Below are positions 61,300 through 64,000 of a stretch of DNA of 64,000 nucleotides, one piece after another. The position numbers and the translations under genes are program-made. The notes beneath the pieces were generated by a model, which ran no database searches, was not told the DNA's origin, and worked only from the letters and a program-made list of their open reading frames with translations. Origin of the DNA: Monocercomonoides exilis PA203 (Eukaryota; Protista; Preaxostyla); contig LSRY02000032.1 of the NCBI GenBank assembly GCA_001643675.2, forward strand, positions 1,116,001 to 1,180,000, written 5' to 3'. Position 1 is the first letter of the stretch. Each line of letters begins with the position of its first letter.

Positions 61300-63492
61300 A
61301 TAAAAAAGTTGAAAATGATAAGTAGAAATGGTACATGGATCAAAACATTTTGATGAATGAGACTCTAAAGCTGAAATGTTAATTTATGAAAAGAATGATT
61401 TAGAAAAAAATAAAAAAAAAGTGCTTGAAAGTTTGAGTTAATTGTTATTTGTTAAAAGTGTTAACATAATTTTCATAAAAAAATAATTGACATCTATGAT
61501 AAGTAACAATTGAACTATTTGAATTTTATTCGTTATAAATTTCATATGAAATCTTAATATCTTCTCGTATAACAAACAATTATTGTTTTTCTGAGAGATT
61601 TTTATCAAAATCGTAACTTTTCTCGAAGAGTTGTTTCTCAAAATGAATGATTTCTTAAGAAAGGGTTTTTTCATTCAAATGAATAATAAATTATCATTTC
61701 TTCAAAAGATATTGTTATTGATTAAACTCATGAACAAAGAGTCTTCGTTTTGAGTTTGAACTTTTATGCGTTCATTTTCTAAGATTCACAGTGAGTTTTC
61801 AAACCGAATTTTTGAATGAAAAAATATGAGTAATTCTTTCTGAAAAGTAACAAATGTTAACTTTTTAAATAAATAAAAAATTTGATATTTTGCTCAAATT
61901 TCTGTTTCTTCTCACGAATCTTCTTTGGAATGAGTGAACTAGCATTATTCAGAAATAGATTCCATATTAGAAAAGTTTGGAGTATGCAAACAAAATTTTG
62001 AACAAAATATGAAATTTTGATTTATTTGAAAATTAAACATAAACGACTTTTCAAAAAGAATTTCCCATATGGTTTCAAAAATAATTACCAAACTTATCAA
62101 AAATAACAATACAAATAAAAAACGTTTTATTTGTAAGACTATTTTCGATGTTCGTCATTAACAAGAATAGAAAAAAAAGGATTCAAAAAAGCTCATGGTT
62201 AGGTTATAAAAGTGCCTTTTTTTGTGAATATATTCGTTGATAACAAAAATCATGCCATATTTTCGGAATCATATCTGAAATTGCAACGTCTTTTCGCATT
62301 TGTGAAAAAAAAAAAAGCCTTTTTTATTTATTGGAAGTTTACTGACAGATTTCCACATTTCTGATAAACGACGCTGTTATGAATTAGTTTTGCACGAATC
62401 AATATATTCTATCCTATTTTAAAGATCACAAAAGTATCGGACTGTTTAATTCTTTTTTGAAACACTTGTTGATTTGTTATTCAATGATCATTTGTGGTTT
62501 TTTAATACTGAATTTCTTAGAAAACAAAAATTTCTTTTTAAATAAAATACTGATATCTTCATTTATTGGAAACAAAAACTGAAACACTTTCTACACTTTT
62601 TTCGTTCGTGAGTTTGAATAACACGCGAATTAAATAGTTGATTTTGGATTATTTTCGGGAAATATTTGACTTTGAATTTACTATTGTTTTCGTATTCATC
62701 ACTTTTTTCATAGTATTTGTTATTTCCAACATTTATAAAATATGAGCTGCTTTTGCTAACTGAAAAATATTTTCTACAAAAAAAATATCAATTATTAGTT
62801 TTTCTTCCAACGTTCAACCAAATGAAAAATTGGCAAAAACATCTCTTATTTTTTATTTTTTCTACAAAAAAACTTGGAATTTGTAAAAAAAAAACATTCA
62901 AATGGAAAGTTTCAGTAAGAAAATTCATTTGTTTTGAATGGAGTGTATTTTATCAAAAAAATTTCGAATAAATAATCACAAGAAAATCAATAATAAGACA
63001 TAAGTGAAACATTATTTTATTGAGAACTATCTATTAGTTTTTTATTGTTTAGTTTTTTGATATATTTAATCGCACTTTGCAAAAAGATGAAACTTTATTA
63101 TTTGAAACATATCTCTTTGTTATACAATTGTGATTAAAAATGTCCACATCGTGTATGTGCTACAAATGTTAAATATTGAACGACAAAAAAATAATTTTAA
63201 TTTAAAAAAAAATGGAAAGGAATTTTCAAAAAATTGAGAGCAATTGAATCTCTTTCTCCATTGATTCATACTTTTCCATAAAGAAAATGATGAAAGTCAA
63301 CATTGAAAACCAGTTAAAAAAATACTAACCAAAATGTCAATTTGACATTCAAATGCATTTATCACCGAGAAATAAAAAATCAACAATTACAATTCTAACA
63401 AAACTAAACTGTTAAAAATTATATTAAACAAGTGAAGAATAGTCAAATCAAATCAAAAAAAAAATGAATGAATGAATGAATGAAAGGCTCCA

Positions 63493-64000
63493 TTAATATC
63501 CAATTGTAAACTTTGATGCAATTATAATTAAATCATTTGTAATTCGAGACCATTTGTAAGTGTATGTTGAAATGTCATCTGATTCTTGGTTCGAGAAAAG
63601 CTCAAGAATATCAATTCCACCTTCTTCTTCAAAAAGCTCCACAAAATTTTCTGAGATGTTAAATGCATTCTTCAACTCATCGAAACTTATCTGTTTGTCA
63701 AAAACATTAAAAATTTTTGTATAATTGAAATATTTTCTGTTTACCAACTGTTTAGCCATATTTTCTTCGTTGTTGAGGAATGCACGCGCAACAAAGTGAT
63801 AGTAATAAATATTGTAAATTATTTTTTGTAATATTTCAATTCTCATCCTCGTTTCGTGCGTATGTGTAATGTAGTCCATGATTTTTGTTAATATATGTGG
63901 ATATTTCGAGAATTCTTTGATTGTGCTAATATCTGAAACAAACTGATACAGAATTTTATTTAAACGAAACTGCCAGTTTTTTTTAGCACACTTTAAAATA
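63493..64000 (-). CDS. 3' part of a hypothetical helical protein, truncated by the window edge
   Basis: The frame of ORF 63493..63879 stays open to position 64000. FEEEGGIDIL resembles the end motif of ARM-like protist families. Confidence 0.55.
   Translation of the reverse strand, partial: ILKCAKKNWQFRLNKILYQFVSDISTIKEFSKYPHILTKIMDYITHTHETRMRIEILQKIIYNIYYYHFVARAFLNNEENMAKQLVNRKYFNYTKIFNVFDKQISFDELKNAFNISENFVELFEEEGGIDILELFSNQESDDISTYTYKWSRITNDLIIIASKFTIGY

Noticed and set aside
61438-62971. Short ORFs 61438..61674 and 62717..62971 in the AT-rich gap
   Set aside because: K/F/I/N-biased composition typical of non-coding AT-rich DNA; no motifs or splice support.
63333-63484. Short palindrome AATGTCAA-T-TTGACATT and an (ATGA)n run
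   Set aside because: Too short to exceed chance in AT-rich sequence; ordinary microsatellite.
1-64000. Alternative genetic code (UAA/UAG = Gln as in some oxymonads and diplomonads)
   Set aside because: Conserved genes end at TAA/TAG in the expected places, and multi-kb ORFs contain no in-frame TAR.
1-64000. CRISPR array, prokaryotic operon, transposase or reverse transcriptase
   Set aside because: No repeat-spacer pattern and no such motifs; gene structure is spliceosomal eukaryotic.

Overview
Eukaryotic (protist) genomic DNA. It is gene-dense with AT-rich intergenic gaps, short spliceosomal introns (mostly 57-75 nt), the standard genetic code and very many poly-Ser/poly-Glu insertions. The style resembles an oxymonad such as Monocercomonoides (inference from gene style and one lineage-type gene family). 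Contents in order: a 5'-truncated coiled-coil protein; tRNA-Lys(UUU); a ~7,850-aa HECTD4/MYCBP2-like giant protein whose HECT domain has Ser at the catalytic Cys position and which embeds a degenerate PIMT (isoaspartyl methyltransferase)-like domain; a tandem DH-PH RhoGEF converging on a WW-WW-MyTH4-RhoGAP (ARHGAP39-like); a small MIT-like gene; a 1,000-bp palindrome with 440-bp arms; a lineage-specific helical-repeat family gene; clathrin heavy chain with a U18-like C/D snoRNA in intron 2; a membrane S41-peptidase-like protein with an (RG)n cytoplasmic tail; a kinesin-like protein that has lost all its nucleotide-binding motifs, visible only after manual splicing; and a 5'-truncated gene at the right edge. 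All exon models were built by hand from GT-AG sites and frame continuity. Domain calls come from motif recognition, not database searches.
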